Both the position numbers and the translations under genes were made by a program. A DNA stretch of 31,253 bases from a virus (Duplodnaviria; Caudoviricetes). The stretch is taken from positions 1 to 31,253 of IMG/VR virus record IMGVR_UViG_3300043932_000191; one strand, 5' to 3'. Of the stretch, positions 8,596-18,399 are shown in pieces. The notes under the pieces are model-generated. The model saw nothing but the letters and a program-made list of their open reading frames with translations. It did not search any database and was not told the DNA's origin. Within the stretch, counting starts at the first letter, position 1. Each line of letters begins with the position of its first letter.

Positions 8596-8973
8596 TCAGT
8601 AGGTGTAGACCCTCGGGGCTTGCCTCCATCGGTCGCCGTCGAGCGCCGACTGTCGGGAGTGGCACGGCTTACACAGGCTCCGGAGGTTGCCGGGGTCGTG
8701 GGTGCCGCCGTGCTCCAGCGGGATGACGTGGTGGACTTCCTGCGCGGGCGTGTACCGGCTGGTCGCGAGGCAGTTCTCGCACAGCGGGTGGGCGGTGATG
8801 TAGGCGGCACGGATCTTGCGCCAGCGAGCACCGTAGCGCCGGTTGATCTTCGAGTCACGCTGCCACCGTCGGTAGCGTTCATCTTCGGCCTTGGCGTGGG
8901 CTTCGCAGAAGCGGGCGTGGGTGAGGTTCGGGCAGCCGGGCTGGGAACACGGACGGGCAGGCTTGACCGGCAT
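8596..8973 (-). CDS. Packaging-associated HNH endonuclease
   Basis: PLCENC...EVHHVIPLEHGGTHDPGNLRSLCKPCH with an N-terminal CxxPGC zinc motif; upstream of terS. Confidence 0.92.
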   Translation of the reverse strand: MPVKPARPCSQPGCPNLTHARFCEAHAKAEDERYRRWQRDSKINRRYGARWRKIRAAYITAHPLCENCLATSRYTPAQEVHHVIPLEHGGTHDPGNLRSLCKPCHSRQSALDGDRWRQAPRVYTY

Positions 8974-8998
8974 CACGCACCCCTTTCCCGGACACGGC

Positions 8999-9046
8999 AA
9001 AACCCCAAGGCACCCAGCCGATGACCGGGCTTGCCCTGGGGCTTTT
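8999..9046 (-). terminator. Terminator-like hairpin in the late-operon leader
   Basis: Minus strand CCCCAGGGCA...TGCCTTGGGG followed by TTTT, with an A-run on the other side. Confidence 0.55.
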
Positions 9047-9128
9047 CCTACTTTTCAACCACCTACATCGTTGCAGGCCGGAAACGGTAAATGCATCCGC
9101 AGTTCTTGACACCTTTTGGCGGTTGGGT

Positions 9129-9590
9129 TCACGCCGCCTGCCCATACAGCGCAGACGCCAGCCGGGCGAGTGCGCGTGACTTCTTCTGGTAGGCGCTGGT
9201 GCGCTCCACGTAGAAGTGGTCACACACGGCCTGCGCCGCATCATCCTGGGTACCGTCGCCGAGGAAGAATGCTTCGAGCACGAACCTGTCGTCGTCGGTG
9301 AGCAGCTGCCAGGCGGGAAGGAACCACGCCATGTACTCACGCGCTTGGGTGTAGCGGGCACGGTAGATGTCGATCCGATCCAACGTGGCCGCCACACGCA
9401 TCTCCCCAGCGTGCAGATCCGTGTGACGTGGCATCCCGTCGAGTTTCGGTGAGGCCGGGGTGGTGACGTCGTCGTAGGCGGTCTTGATTTGCTCGTCGGT
9501 GGTGTCGATGATCTGCTCCATCACGGCGAAGTCCTGCAACGCGGAGATGGCGGCTTTGCGGGTGTCGAGGTATTTGGTCATCACATGCAT
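9129..9590 (-). CDS. Putative late transcription activator (RinA/ArpU-like position, C-terminal HTH)
   Basis: Lies between the SNF2 helicase and HNH; LTDDDRFVLEAFF...VCDHFYVERTSAYQKKSRALARL resembles a sigma-4-like HTH. Confidence 0.65.
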   Translation of the reverse strand: MHVMTKYLDTRKAAISALQDFAVMEQIIDTTDEQIKTAYDDVTTPASPKLDGMPRHTDLHAGEMRVAATLDRIDIYRARYTQAREYMAWFLPAWQLLTDDDRFVLEAFFLGDGTQDDAAQAVCDHFYVERTSAYQKKSRALARLASALYGQAA

Positions 9591-10957
9591 GACGACTCCT
9601 TCCTGAGGGTGGTTGACAGTTCGGTGGCGACCGCGTCGATCAACGCGGCCTGAGTCATGTCCTTCGCCTCCAAGGCACCCAGGACGGCTTGGTCGAGGGT
9701 GTCGGTGGCGGCGAGGTGGGTGATGGTGACGGGCTCGGCTTGTCCTTGCCGGTACAGGCGGGCGTTGGTCTGCTGATACAGCTCCAAGCTCCAGGTCAGC
9801 GAGAACCACACGAGCAGATGCCCACCGGCCTGCAGATTCAACCCATGACCAGCCGACGCTGGATGGATCAGGCCAAGCGGGATGTCGCCCCGATTCCACG
9901 CCTCGATGTCCGCCGATGTCTTGAGTTCGCGGGCGTCCGGGAAACGGTGCTGGATGCGTTCCCGGTCGTGCTTGAACCAGTAGGCGACGAGCACGGTTTG
10001 GCCGTTGGCGGCCTCGATGATGTCTTCGAGGGCGTCGAGTTTCGCCCCATGCACCTCGACCGTGTTGCCGTGCTCGTCGTAGATCGCACCGGAGGCGAGC
10101 TGCAGCAGTTTGCCCGACAGTGCGGCTGCGTTCGCCGCATCGACCACCTGCCCATCCAGGTCGATGACGAGGTCGGCCTTGAGTCGCTCGTAGACGGCGC
10201 GCTCTTTGGCTCCGAGCACTACCGGGTTGGTTGTCACCGTGAGTGGTGGGAGTTGCAGGTGGTCGGTGGTGCGCATCGACAGGGTCATGTCTGCGATGGC
10301 GGCGTAGATCTCGTCCTCCGCACCAGGGCGGGGTTTGTAGGTGAATACCTGCATTCCGCCCCGCTTATCCGGGGTGAACCAGCGGTCGCGGTAGCGGGTG
10401 ATGAACCTGCCGAGGCGTTGGCCTCCGTCGAGGAGCCGGAACTGCGCCCAGATATCCATCAGGCCGTTGGAGGCGGGGGTGCCGGTCAGGCCGACCCAGC
10501 GCTTCACATGCGGGCGCATTTTCACCAACGCCGTGAACCGCTTGGCCCGATGATTCTTGAAGCTGGACAGTTCGTCGATGACGACCATGTCGAACGGCCA
10601 CGCCTCACCCACTTGGGAGACGAGCCAGGGGATGTTTTCCCGGTTGATGACGGTCACCATCGCCGACTTGGCGAGTGCTGCGAGCCGGTCAGCTTTGGTG
10701 CCGACAGCGACTGCCACCGAGAGCCCGGCGAGGTGATCCCACTTCGCTACTTCGGCTGGCCACGTGTCGCGGGCGACGCGCAGTGGTGCGACGACAAGGA
10801 CACGGGAGACGGTGAAGTAGTCGAGCACCAGTTCCCAGATCGCCGTCAGGGTGATGACACTCTTGCCGAGTCCCATCCCGAGGAGGATGGCCGCCTCTGG
10901 GTGGTCGAGGATGAACTCGGTGGCTTGAGCCTGGTAGTTATGCGGCCGGTAGTGCAT
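9581..10957 (-). CDS. SNF2-family helicase
   Basis: GMGLGKS, VIDELS, GLTGTP, SAGHGLNLQ, QTNARLYRQGQ. Confidence 0.93.
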   Translation of the reverse strand: MHYRPHNYQAQATEFILDHPEAAILLGMGLGKSVITLTAIWELVLDYFTVSRVLVVAPLRVARDTWPAEVAKWDHLAGLSVAVAVGTKADRLAALAKSAMVTVINRENIPWLVSQVGEAWPFDMVVIDELSSFKNHRAKRFTALVKMRPHVKRWVGLTGTPASNGLMDIWAQFRLLDGGQRLGRFITRYRDRWFTPDKRGGMQVFTYKPRPGAEDEIYAAIADMTLSMRTTDHLQLPPLTVTTNPVVLGAKERAVYERLKADLVIDLDGQVVDAANAAALSGKLLQLASGAIYDEHGNTVEVHGAKLDALEDIIEAANGQTVLVAYWFKHDRERIQHRFPDARELKTSADIEAWNRGDIPLGLIHPASAGHGLNLQAGGHLLVWFSLTWSLELYQQTNARLYRQGQAEPVTITHLAATDTLDQAVLGALEAKDMTQAALIDAVATELSTTLRKESSCM

Positions 10958-11216
10958 CAAGCACCTCCTTGATGCCGTCGATCGAGTCAACGACCAGCAC
11001 GGTGAAGCCCTGCGCCTGTAGTTGGTTCATCCGGCGGCGTTGGATCGGCCGTGGCTTCTTGCCGGGGGCTTTGACTTCGACGAAGACGACCCGTCCGGTC
11101 TTGAGGCAGATGCGGTCTGGCACGCCGGTGGTGCCGGGGCTGACGAGCTTCCAGCACAAACCCCCGTCAGCCTCAACCGCACGCTTCAGAGCTTGTTCAA
11201 TGTGCAGTTCGTTCAT
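10938..11216 (-). CDS. VRR-NUC nuclease
   Basis: GVPDRICL...FVEVKAPGKKPRPIQ PD-(D/E)xK motif. Confidence 0.92.
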   Translation of the reverse strand: MNELHIEQALKRAVEADGGLCWKLVSPGTTGVPDRICLKTGRVVFVEVKAPGKKPRPIQRRRMNQLQAQGFTVLVVDSIDGIKEVLDALPAA

Positions 11217-11242
11217 GGTCACTCCTTGAGATTTCAAGGGGT

Positions 11243-11337
11243 GTGCTGGTCGTGACGGTCTGCCCTTAACTTTCTATATAGGTTTGTACTTTTAAGGCCC
11301 TATAGAGAAGTCCAGGGGCGACTAACACGACCAGCAC
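11243..11337. repeat. About 95-bp imperfect palindrome with AT-rich centre (candidate replication origin)
   Basis: GTGCTGGTCGTG (11243-11254) and CACGACCAGCAC (11326-11337) are perfect arms, with imperfect inner arms ending in CTATATAGG / CCTATAGAG. Confidence 0.75.
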
Positions 11338-11350
11338 GCCCGGCGGACGG

Positions 11351-11707
11351 TCACCGCAAAAACACTGGTGAAGACGGGTGCAGACGGTAGTGATGGTTCA
11401 ACCAGCCACGATCCTTCGGCCGGTAGCCGCTGACGACCATCGCGTCCTTGAACTGGGCGTTGGTGACGTAGCGGCCGGTCTCGGCCTCGTAGAGGTGCTT
11501 CAGACCGTAGGAGGACCTGGCCATGTTCCAGGTGGAGCCGACGCGCAGCCGGTCGTGAATCCAGTCGAGGAGCTGGAACTGCTCATCTCGGCTCAGATCG
11601 AGGAAGCCACCCAGGTCGCTGTCGGGCCAGCATTCGATCAAAGCCTCCGGCGACCGGAGCCTCTCGTCGTCGTGTGTGGTTGTGGTTGATGGGGTGCGGG
11701 ATGTCAT
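11351..11707 (-). CDS. Hypothetical protein (SSYGLKH...YVTNAQFKDAM motif)
   Basis: ATG 11707 with RBS AAAGGA just after the primase stop. Confidence 0.7.
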   Translation of the reverse strand: MTSRTPSTTTTHDDERLRSPEALIECWPDSDLGGFLDLSRDEQFQLLDWIHDRLRVGSTWNMARSSYGLKHLYEAETGRYVTNAQFKDAMVVSGYRPKDRGWLNHHYRLHPSSPVFLR

Positions 11708-11720
11708 CGTGGGTGTCCTT

Positions 11721-13976
11721 TCAGAGTTCGAATTCGGTTTTCAGGCGCAGCCCGGTCACGCGCATGCCTTGGTTGGTGCGGTGTTTCGTGTGGCCGGCTT
11801 TCTCCAGTGCTGCGGCGAAGTCGGTGGTTGACCGGGCGTAGTCGCCGCGCGCCAATGCCCAGGAGCGGTAGGCGGCGTAGAGTTCCCCGGACTTCTCCGA
11901 CAGTCCGTCTCCGGTTTCGCAGCGTTCGTCAAGGAAGTGGGCGAACCAATCGTTGGCCGCCCGATACGCCTCGGACGCCTCGACCACTTGGGCGGGTGGG
12001 GTGAGCCGGTAGTCCTCGGCGTGGATCAGGCGTGCGCCGTCCATGATCCAGGCGAGCACCGCGCCACCGGCGTGCTCGAACAGGTGGTCGGCGTAGTTCT
12101 TGATGTCCTTATTCGGTTTGATGGTTTGCTCGAACGGAATCACCATGAGCCTGCGCCAGATGCCGGTGTCCATCGCACCCACACGTGGGAGATGGTTGGT
12201 GTAGAGCACGAGCGTGTGCGATGGGGTGAACGAGAACGGGTCCTTGTACTTCTTCTCGGCGGCGATCTTGTCGGTGGAGGCGAGTTGTTTCGTCGTCGAG
12301 GTCGACAGCCGCACACCCTCGTCGTTCTCGCCCGCGATTAGCAGGCGGCGGGCGCGGGTTTCTGCCATTTCGTGTTTGGCGTTGTTCTTCTTGCCCGCGA
12401 TCAGCACCTCAGCTGAGATCGTCTCCGAGTAGGAGCCGAAGACGCGGGCGATGGTGTTCCAGAACGTGGATTTGCCGTTGTTGCCGTCCCCGTAGGCGAT
12501 GATCAACGCCTCGATGAGTACCTTCCCGATCGCGGCCAGGCCGCAGACGCGTTGCACATATGCGATCAGCTCGGTGTCGCCGCCGAAGGTGACGTTGAGC
12601 GCGTCGAGCCAGATTTGCTGGCCTGCATCGGTGGGGTCGACGGCGGTTTGTTTGGTGAGCATGTCGCCCGGGTCGTGCTCGCGGCGGGTGCCGTCGCGCA
12701 GGTCGAACGTCGCCGAGGGGGTGTTGAGCAGGTAGGGGTCGGCGTCGAGCAGCTGGGGGTTGATGAGCGCGAGGGGTCGGGCTTGGCGCATGACCGCGAG
12801 GATGGTGCGGTCGGATCGGCACTTGTAGATGAACTTCATCCACTCCTGCACCGCGACCATCTGCTGGTAGACCCGCTTCTGCTCCCGGTTGAACGCCGCC
12901 AGCGCTTTGGCTTTGCTCATCGCCACTAACATGGCGGTCACCCCGACCTCCCCGGCACGCTCAGTCACGGCATCGAGTTCGGTCTGGGCCTGCTCCAACT
13001 GGCGGGTGGTGAGTTCCTGGACGACGTGCTGGACTTTGGGTTCGTTTTCCTCCCACACCCCGTTCTCGTAGGCCATCCACGCGGTCGCGGGCGAATAGCA
13101 GATCCGACCCGCATACTCGCCAGCCAGAATCGTTGCCTGCCCGACGTCGGTGAAGTCCTCCGGCCGCAGGCTCGTCAGCTGCGCGTAGGCTCCCGGCGAC
13201 AGATAGCCGGGATCGGCGGCGACCTTGGCGGCGAACCGGCACGCCGAGCCCCAGATCGACTCCAACTCGTGATCCGACAGGGGCGGTTCACACAGGGATG
13301 CTTTGCGGTCGAACAGGTCACGAGCCTGTGCGGTCTGCCCGAAGCGGATCAGGACGCGCCCGGCGAAGCGGGAGAGGGTGGCGTTGCGGGAGCCTTCCCC
13401 GATCACCTGGGTGGAGGCGTCGAACGCGGCGAACACGTCGATCTCATCGGCCTCATCCAGCCAGGTATTCAGCAGCTTCGTGCCGTCGTGGACGGTGGTC
13501 TCGGGGTTGGTGGTGCCGTAGATGAACCTGCCGGCATCCAACGCCTGCTGATCAAAGAAACCGAACCTGGCCGCCAGGCGGCGCTTCAATCCCGCATACA
13601 CCTCTGCGTCGGTCACTGGGCTGATCGGAAAATAAACGTGGAAGCGAGGCCTCGCCGATACCACGCCTTTTGCCTTCTGGTGGTTGCGGCTGGTGGCGGT
13701 CATGAACTCGACTCCAGCCATCAACTCAGCCAGGCCATCTGGGGTGACCCAGTCGGATGTTTCTTCGGTGTGGTCGTTGTCGATGTCCATCACCACACAG
13801 TCCGAGGACACGAAACTCGCCGACGAGCGCCGATCGCCGGTATAGGCGGCAGCGACGTGATCCAACCTGGTCACCTGCTCCAGGCTGGCCGGGTCGGTGA
13901 TGTGGTGGTGGTTCGGGTAGTGGTTGTTGTGCGGGTTGCCGCTGCTGGCGGCGGCACACAGAGTGAACGGGGTCAT
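11721..13976 (-). CDS. P4-type primase-helicase (primase / PriCT-like / D5_N / SF3 helicase)
   Basis: MDIDND, RFHVYFP, EGSRNATL, LNTPSATFDL, YGDGNNGKST, TNHLP, GIWRRL. Confidence 0.92.
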   Translation of the reverse strand: MTPFTLCAAASSGNPHNNHYPNHHHITDPASLEQVTRLDHVAAAYTGDRRSSASFVSSDCVVMDIDNDHTEETSDWVTPDGLAELMAGVEFMTATSRNHQKAKGVVSARPRFHVYFPISPVTDAEVYAGLKRRLAARFGFFDQQALDAGRFIYGTTNPETTVHDGTKLLNTWLDEADEIDVFAAFDASTQVIGEGSRNATLSRFAGRVLIRFGQTAQARDLFDRKASLCEPPLSDHELESIWGSACRFAAKVAADPGYLSPGAYAQLTSLRPEDFTDVGQATILAGEYAGRICYSPATAWMAYENGVWEENEPKVQHVVQELTTRQLEQAQTELDAVTERAGEVGVTAMLVAMSKAKALAAFNREQKRVYQQMVAVQEWMKFIYKCRSDRTILAVMRQARPLALINPQLLDADPYLLNTPSATFDLRDGTRREHDPGDMLTKQTAVDPTDAGQQIWLDALNVTFGGDTELIAYVQRVCGLAAIGKVLIEALIIAYGDGNNGKSTFWNTIARVFGSYSETISAEVLIAGKKNNAKHEMAETRARRLLIAGENDEGVRLSTSTTKQLASTDKIAAEKKYKDPFSFTPSHTLVLYTNHLPRVGAMDTGIWRRLMVIPFEQTIKPNKDIKNYADHLFEHAGGAVLAWIMDGARLIHAEDYRLTPPAQVVEASEAYRAANDWFAHFLDERCETGDGLSEKSGELYAAYRSWALARGDYARSTTDFAAALEKAGHTKHRTNQGMRVTGLRLKTEFEL

Positions 13977-14416
13977 GCGGGGTGCACCTCCTGGAAGTCG
14001 GCGTCGAAGAAGCGGACTGGGATGTCCATCTGGTGGGCCCAGTCGATTTCGGCGCGCATCCCTGTCGACACGCGTCCGATGTAGGCCCATAGCTGTTCGC
14101 ATTTCGACAGCAGGATTCGGTTGAAGAACATGGCCAGCTCCCGGGCGTCCGGGTCGGTGTCGTCCATGAACTGCGGATAGTGCAGATGCGGGGCGAGCGG
14201 GATCTGCCGCGCGGCGACAGCGAACGCACTAAACCGGCGCGCCAACTCCACGTTCGCCTCCACATCGCCGGAGTACGGGGAGCAGATGTACACCAAGGGC
14301 CGATACCCGTACTCGGCGCGCTGGATTTCTTTGAGCGCCTTGTAGCAGGTGGGGTCGGGGTATCCTTCGATGTTCTTCTTCGGGATTCCGATATCGAGAA
14401 GCGCGGTGGTGGCCAT
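13973..14416 (-). CDS. DUF4406-like (nucleoside deoxyribosyltransferase-fold) phage protein
   Basis: LVYICSPYSGD...PLAPHL...LLSKCEQLW...STGMRAEIDWA. Confidence 0.75.
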   Translation of the reverse strand: MATTALLDIGIPKKNIEGYPDPTCYKALKEIQRAEYGYRPLVYICSPYSGDVEANVELARRFSAFAVAARQIPLAPHLHYPQFMDDTDPDARELAMFFNRILLSKCEQLWAYIGRVSTGMRAEIDWAHQMDIPVRFFDADFQEVHPA

Positions 14417-15177
14417 CAGGCGTCCTCCCCTTCACGCTCAATGACCGGCAGCAGGTCACGGGTGTTCTTCAACAGGTCGTAGATGAACAGGCGGCCCTTC
14501 TGCGTCCAGTACATGTGGGTGCGGGTCTTGCCCTTGTCGTATTCGTGCGTCTTGGACTGGGTGTAGCCCTGCTCAGCAAACTTGGCGTAGAGGAACCAGC
14601 GGCCGGATTGGTGGAACTGGATACCTTCTTCGCGCAGAATCTGGTTCAGCTTCTTCGCGCTCAATCCGTAGTCTTTGGCGATTTCGGTGGTGGTGATCAG
14701 CGACGGCGACGCGAGAACCACGTCGTAGTACGACACCTTCGGTGCCGCCTCCAACAGTGCCTGTTCGGCGGCGAGGCGCTTGGCGCGCTCAGACCGCAGA
14801 GTGGTGATCGCCCGCTCCAAGAACTCATCGTCATTGAGCAGTTCGTCGATGGCGTACATGCCGTGGCGGCGGATGGACGGGAGGACGTCGTCGAACACCC
14901 AGGCCTCGAACTGCTGGGCGGCGGGCAGTTTGGATGAGATGATCAGCCGGTACAGGTCACCCTCGCTGATGAACCTGACCTGCTGAATCCCACCAGGCGT
15001 TTGAAGGGGGTAACGAAACGGAACCCCCTTGCAGTGATCCTGAAGTGCCTTGCTCGGGTTGGTGTAGCCGAGGGCGGCGGCCACGTCTTTGCCGCAGAAC
15101 AGGACCTGCTCGTCGGAGGTGATGGTTCGGATCGTGCCGAACTCGTGGTTGGTGAACGCTTGTAGCGCGGTAGCCAT
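14416..15177 (-). CDS. Phage antirepressor, BRO-N plus KilAC domains
   Basis: FGTIR...FCGKDVAAALGY...ISEGDLYRLI...WVFDDVLPSIRRHG; APKVSYYD...WTQKGRLFI. Confidence 0.92.
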   Translation of the reverse strand: MATALQAFTNHEFGTIRTITSDEQVLFCGKDVAAALGYTNPSKALQDHCKGVPFRYPLQTPGGIQQVRFISEGDLYRLIISSKLPAAQQFEAWVFDDVLPSIRRHGMYAIDELLNDDEFLERAITTLRSERAKRLAAEQALLEAAPKVSYYDVVLASPSLITTTEIAKDYGLSAKKLNQILREEGIQFHQSGRWFLYAKFAEQGYTQSKTHEYDKGKTRTHMYWTQKGRLFIYDLLKNTRDLLPVIEREGEDA

Positions 15178-15236
15178 GACCGGCTCCTATTCTGAGAGCC
15201 GGGTAGACAATCGCGGGCGCGGGATGCGCCAGGCTC

Positions 15237-15329
15237 TCACCTGTCAGGCACGGCAGGCACCGAAACCGGACACGGCGTGAGGAAGGCTCTCGCCCATACG
15301 CCCCCGAGGCTGGGCGAATCCGGACGGGT
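15237..15329 (-). promoter_or_regulatory. Two tandem copies of a GTCCGG-...-GG(T/C)G motif (candidate phage-sigma promoters)
   Basis: ACCCGTCCGGAT-N17-CGTATGGGCG and GTGTCCGGTT-N16-CTGACAGGTG; both match the copy at 20245-20283. Confidence 0.55.
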
Positions 15330-15588
15330 TAACCCCCGGTCGGTACTGGCTATATTCGTTAGACCCCCATGCCCGGCCCGGGTGAGCATGTGGACTTTGA
15401 GTGAAATAGATAGGGCGACGGTGAGGGCGGTGTGCCTGAACATGCGCCTGTGCTGCCTCCTGAAATAACTGCGCGACCTCGACCAAGGGGCGGCGCGGAG
15501 TCAGAGTGGTGAGCAGATTCGCCAGTACTTGCATGACCTTCTTGACGCCAACCCAGCCGTCGTCCTCGACAGCCAGCAGCCCGTCTGG

Positions 15589-17556
15589 TCAGTCTTTTCG
15601 GTAGTAGTCGCACTCATAGCCGTCGGCATCGAGCGGGAGCCCGTCTGCCCAGTCGGGCGGGGTGGCCATGAGTCGGCAGGCGTCGGCGACGGTGAAGCCG
15701 GAATCTTGGGGTTCGTCGATGACGATTTCGTCGTGGACGTGCATGACGATCCGATGCCCGGCCTGGGCGATGAGTCGCATGGCGTGGACGAGTAGGTCGC
15801 GAGCGACTGCTTGGACGATGTTTTCGACGAGTTTCCCGCCGTAGGTCTCCAGTCGACCCCACTTACGTCCGGTCGTGACACCGCTGTAGGTGATAGAGGT
15901 GCCGCCCCACCTGTTCTCACCAAGCCGAGGCTTCACATACGCCAACCTGCGCCCGGACGGGAGGGTGATGAATAAGATGCCGGACTCGACAGTGAAGCGA
16001 AGGTTGCGTAGCCGGACGGCCCGGCGGGTGGTGATCGCGTCGAGCGCGGCTTGCTCAACGTCCGCCCAGAGCTGCACGATGTGTGGGTTTGCTGCCCGCC
16101 AGGCGTCGACGATGGGTTTGAGCTCGTGCTCGGCCAGCCCCATCCGCAGCGCACCCATTGCTTTGAGCGCTCCGACAGAACCGTTGTAACCGCAGGCCAG
16201 CGTGGCGATCTTTCCTTTCTGGCGTAGATCGGCGTTGATGCCGTGTTTTTCGACCGGGACGCCGAACATGCGCGACGCGGTTTCGCAGTACAGGTCTTTG
16301 CCTTGTTCGAACGCTGCCAGGGTGGATGCTTCTCCGGCGAGCCAGGCGATGACGCGGGCTTCGATCGCGGAGTAGTCGGCGACGATGAACCGGCACCCAG
16401 CACTGGGGATGAACGCTGTCCGGATCAACTGGCTCAGGGTGTCTGGGACGGAGTCGTAGAGCAGTTCGAGGGCGTCGAGGTTGCGTTGCCGGGTGAGGGT
16501 ACGGGCTTGGTCGAGGTCGGGCAGGTAGTTGCGGGGCAGGTTCTGGACTTGGACGAGGCGTCCGGCGAATCGGCCGGTGCGTCCCGCGCCATAGAACTGG
16601 ATGAGCCCACGAGCCCGCCCATCGCTGCCTGCCACGTTGTGCATCGCCTGGTACTTCTTCACCGAAGATTTCGCCAGGTCACCACGCAGCTCCAGCACCT
16701 CTTTGACCGTGCCGGTGGCGGTGTCGAGGGCGGTTTCGACGTCAGCCTTGGCGAGTGAGTCGATGTGGCAGCCGTGGGTGGTGAGCCATTCCTTCAACTG
16801 GATCGGCGAGTTCGGATTCTCCAACCCGGTCAGCTCCCGCGCTCTCGACAACGTCACCGCACGGTGTTGAACGTCGAGCGTCACGGCGGCATCCGCAAGG
16901 GAACGATCTAGGTTGATGCCAGTATCGTTGATGCGCTGATCCAAGGCATAGGCGTCCCACTCGACCTCGGGCATCGGAAACAATGAGAGCCGGTCGTGGA
17001 TTGCGATCTCAACCTCGACATCGCGCCTGTTGTAGTCGACGAACGCCTGCCAACCATCTGGGTCGCTGCCCGGTAGGTTGCGGGTGCCGCCGCCGTTGAG
17101 CACGTTGGGTGTGGCTGGCGTGCAGAACTGTTTGATCAGCTTCTTACCCACCGTGTCCTTCTGCACGTCAAGGTCGAGGGCGGCACCGACCGCATCCAAG
17201 CTCATCGGCAGGCTGAGGTAGGCCGACCAGATCATGGTGCAGCGCCACTGTTTCGGATCAAGAAACTCCTCAGTGAGGAGGTCTGGGTGGTGGCGGCGCA
17301 GCCACGCTGAGAGTGCGACCCGCTCGAAGGCGGCGTTATGCGCCCACTTGACCACGCCCGGGTCGGTCAGTGCTGCGAGCACCTCGTCAGGTAGCCGGTC
17401 ACCACCAGCGAGGTCGATGACGTGGACGCCGCCGCTGTCGATGCTGTAGCCGAACAGAAGCAGCTCGAATTCGGGGTCGGCGGCATACGGGTACACGCCG
17501 GACTTCGCCAGCGGGACGGGCGAAAACGTCTCCACGTCGATTGCTAAGGAGCGCAA
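15589..17556 (-). CDS. Phage DNA polymerase, family A
   Basis: TTG 17556 after GAAAGAGG. Exonuclease motifs IDVETF and AHNAAFE; polymerase motifs RTGRFAG...QNLP, ADYSAIEAR, RQKGKIATLACGY, HVHDEI. Confidence 0.95.
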   Translation of the reverse strand: MRSLAIDVETFSPVPLAKSGVYPYAADPEFELLLFGYSIDSGGVHVIDLAGGDRLPDEVLAALTDPGVVKWAHNAAFERVALSAWLRRHHPDLLTEEFLDPKQWRCTMIWSAYLSLPMSLDAVGAALDLDVQKDTVGKKLIKQFCTPATPNVLNGGGTRNLPGSDPDGWQAFVDYNRRDVEVEIAIHDRLSLFPMPEVEWDAYALDQRINDTGINLDRSLADAAVTLDVQHRAVTLSRARELTGLENPNSPIQLKEWLTTHGCHIDSLAKADVETALDTATGTVKEVLELRGDLAKSSVKKYQAMHNVAGSDGRARGLIQFYGAGRTGRFAGRLVQVQNLPRNYLPDLDQARTLTRQRNLDALELLYDSVPDTLSQLIRTAFIPSAGCRFIVADYSAIEARVIAWLAGEASTLAAFEQGKDLYCETASRMFGVPVEKHGINADLRQKGKIATLACGYNGSVGALKAMGALRMGLAEHELKPIVDAWRAANPHIVQLWADVEQAALDAITTRRAVRLRNLRFTVESGILFITLPSGRRLAYVKPRLGENRWGGTSITYSGVTTGRKWGRLETYGGKLVENIVQAVARDLLVHAMRLIAQAGHRIVMHVHDEIVIDEPQDSGFTVADACRLMATPPDWADGLPLDADGYECDYYRKD

Positions 17557-17584
17557 CGAGAACCTCTTTCCTAGGGTGACCGAA

Positions 17585-17616
17585 GGGAGGAAGCCAAGCA
17601 ATCTCGACTCCCTCCC
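17585..17616 (-). other. GC-rich stem-loop upstream of the polymerase gene
   Basis: Minus strand GGGAGGGAGTCGAG-attg-CTTGGCTTCCTCCC, a 14-bp stem with G-U pairs. Confidence 0.5.
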
Positions 17617-17633
17617 ATGCGGAGTGGTGGGGC

Positions 17634-17837
17634 TTACTTGCCGGGTGGTGTGGTGAACCACCCGAACTGTTCATCCTCGACTGTCAGGAGTTCCTCGTCC
17701 TGTCCCTGCTTTCGGGCGCGGCGTTGGTCGCGCTTTTCCAGCACCCAGGAGATGAGCCAGCTGAGGAGGGTGCCGAGGAACCAGCCCGCCATGAGGGTCA
17801 GCCCGGCCAGCGCTGAACCGATGTAGCAATCCGTCAT
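17634..17837 (-). CDS. Small single-pass membrane protein
   Basis: Hydrophobic IGSALAGLTLMAGWFLGTLLSWLISWVL followed by basic KRDQRRARK. Confidence 0.6.
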   Translation of the reverse strand: MTDCYIGSALAGLTLMAGWFLGTLLSWLISWVLEKRDQRRARKQGQDEELLTVEDEQFGWFTTPPGK

Positions 17838-17848
17838 GAGCACTCTCC

Positions 17849-18394
17849 CTAGTTAAGGAAGTCGTCGGCGGGTGCACCGAAGTCGGCCTCGGCGGAGATG
17901 CGTCCGCCACCGAGGGGTTCACCATCACGGACCTTTTGAATGTTGCCCAGACCGCAGGCGATGCCACGGTTGCCGTTCGTGTTGAACGCATAGAACGACA
18001 GGGACACTCGGGCGTAGCAGCCGGAGTACACCTCGGAGCGGTCGAGGATGGGTGCGACGTTCTCGTCGACAACCTGCGGCGGCGTCAGCGAGTTGGCATT
18101 GACGAAGAAGCTGTTTGCGTAGGCTTCGTCGTCGCGTTCGGTGTCCCCGTCACGCAGCGGCAACTTCAGTGCGGCCTTGTTCGGGCGCTTGCCACCGAAC
18201 TTGCCAATACCGGCATCGATCGCGGCGTCGATAGCGCGCTCGATGGCGGTGATGGTGGCGGTATCCGTCTTCGGGATGATTAGCGACACGGAGTACTTGG
18301 GCTTGCCGCCTTGGATGGAGTTCGGCTCCCACACGTGAGCGTAGGAGAGGCGGACTTCGCCGGTGACGACGCGGGTGGGGTTGTTGGTTGACAT
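17849..18394 (-). CDS. DUF2815 single-stranded DNA-binding protein
   Basis: VRLSYAHVWEP...KYSVSLIIPK...LRDGD...YSGCY...GIACGLGNIQK with an acidic DDFLN tail. Confidence 0.92.
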   Translation of the reverse strand: MSTNNPTRVVTGEVRLSYAHVWEPNSIQGGKPKYSVSLIIPKTDTATITAIERAIDAAIDAGIGKFGGKRPNKAALKLPLRDGDTERDDEAYANSFFVNANSLTPPQVVDENVAPILDRSEVYSGCYARVSLSFYAFNTNGNRGIACGLGNIQKVRDGEPLGGGRISAEADFGAPADDFLN

Positions 18395-18399
18395 GGTTG

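Noticed and set aside
9689-14084. Long plus-strand ORFs (427 aa, 352 aa) opposite the helicase and primase
   Set aside because: Antisense shadow frames of GC-rich genes with no recognisable motifs.
15388-15590. Possible gene or pseudogene between the polymerase and antirepressor genes
   Set aside because: Only short or stop-interrupted frames with no recognisable motif or convincing RBS.
1-17556. Intein or intron in terL, primase or polymerase
   Set aside because: The translations are continuous, of ordinary length, and show no splicing or homing motifs.
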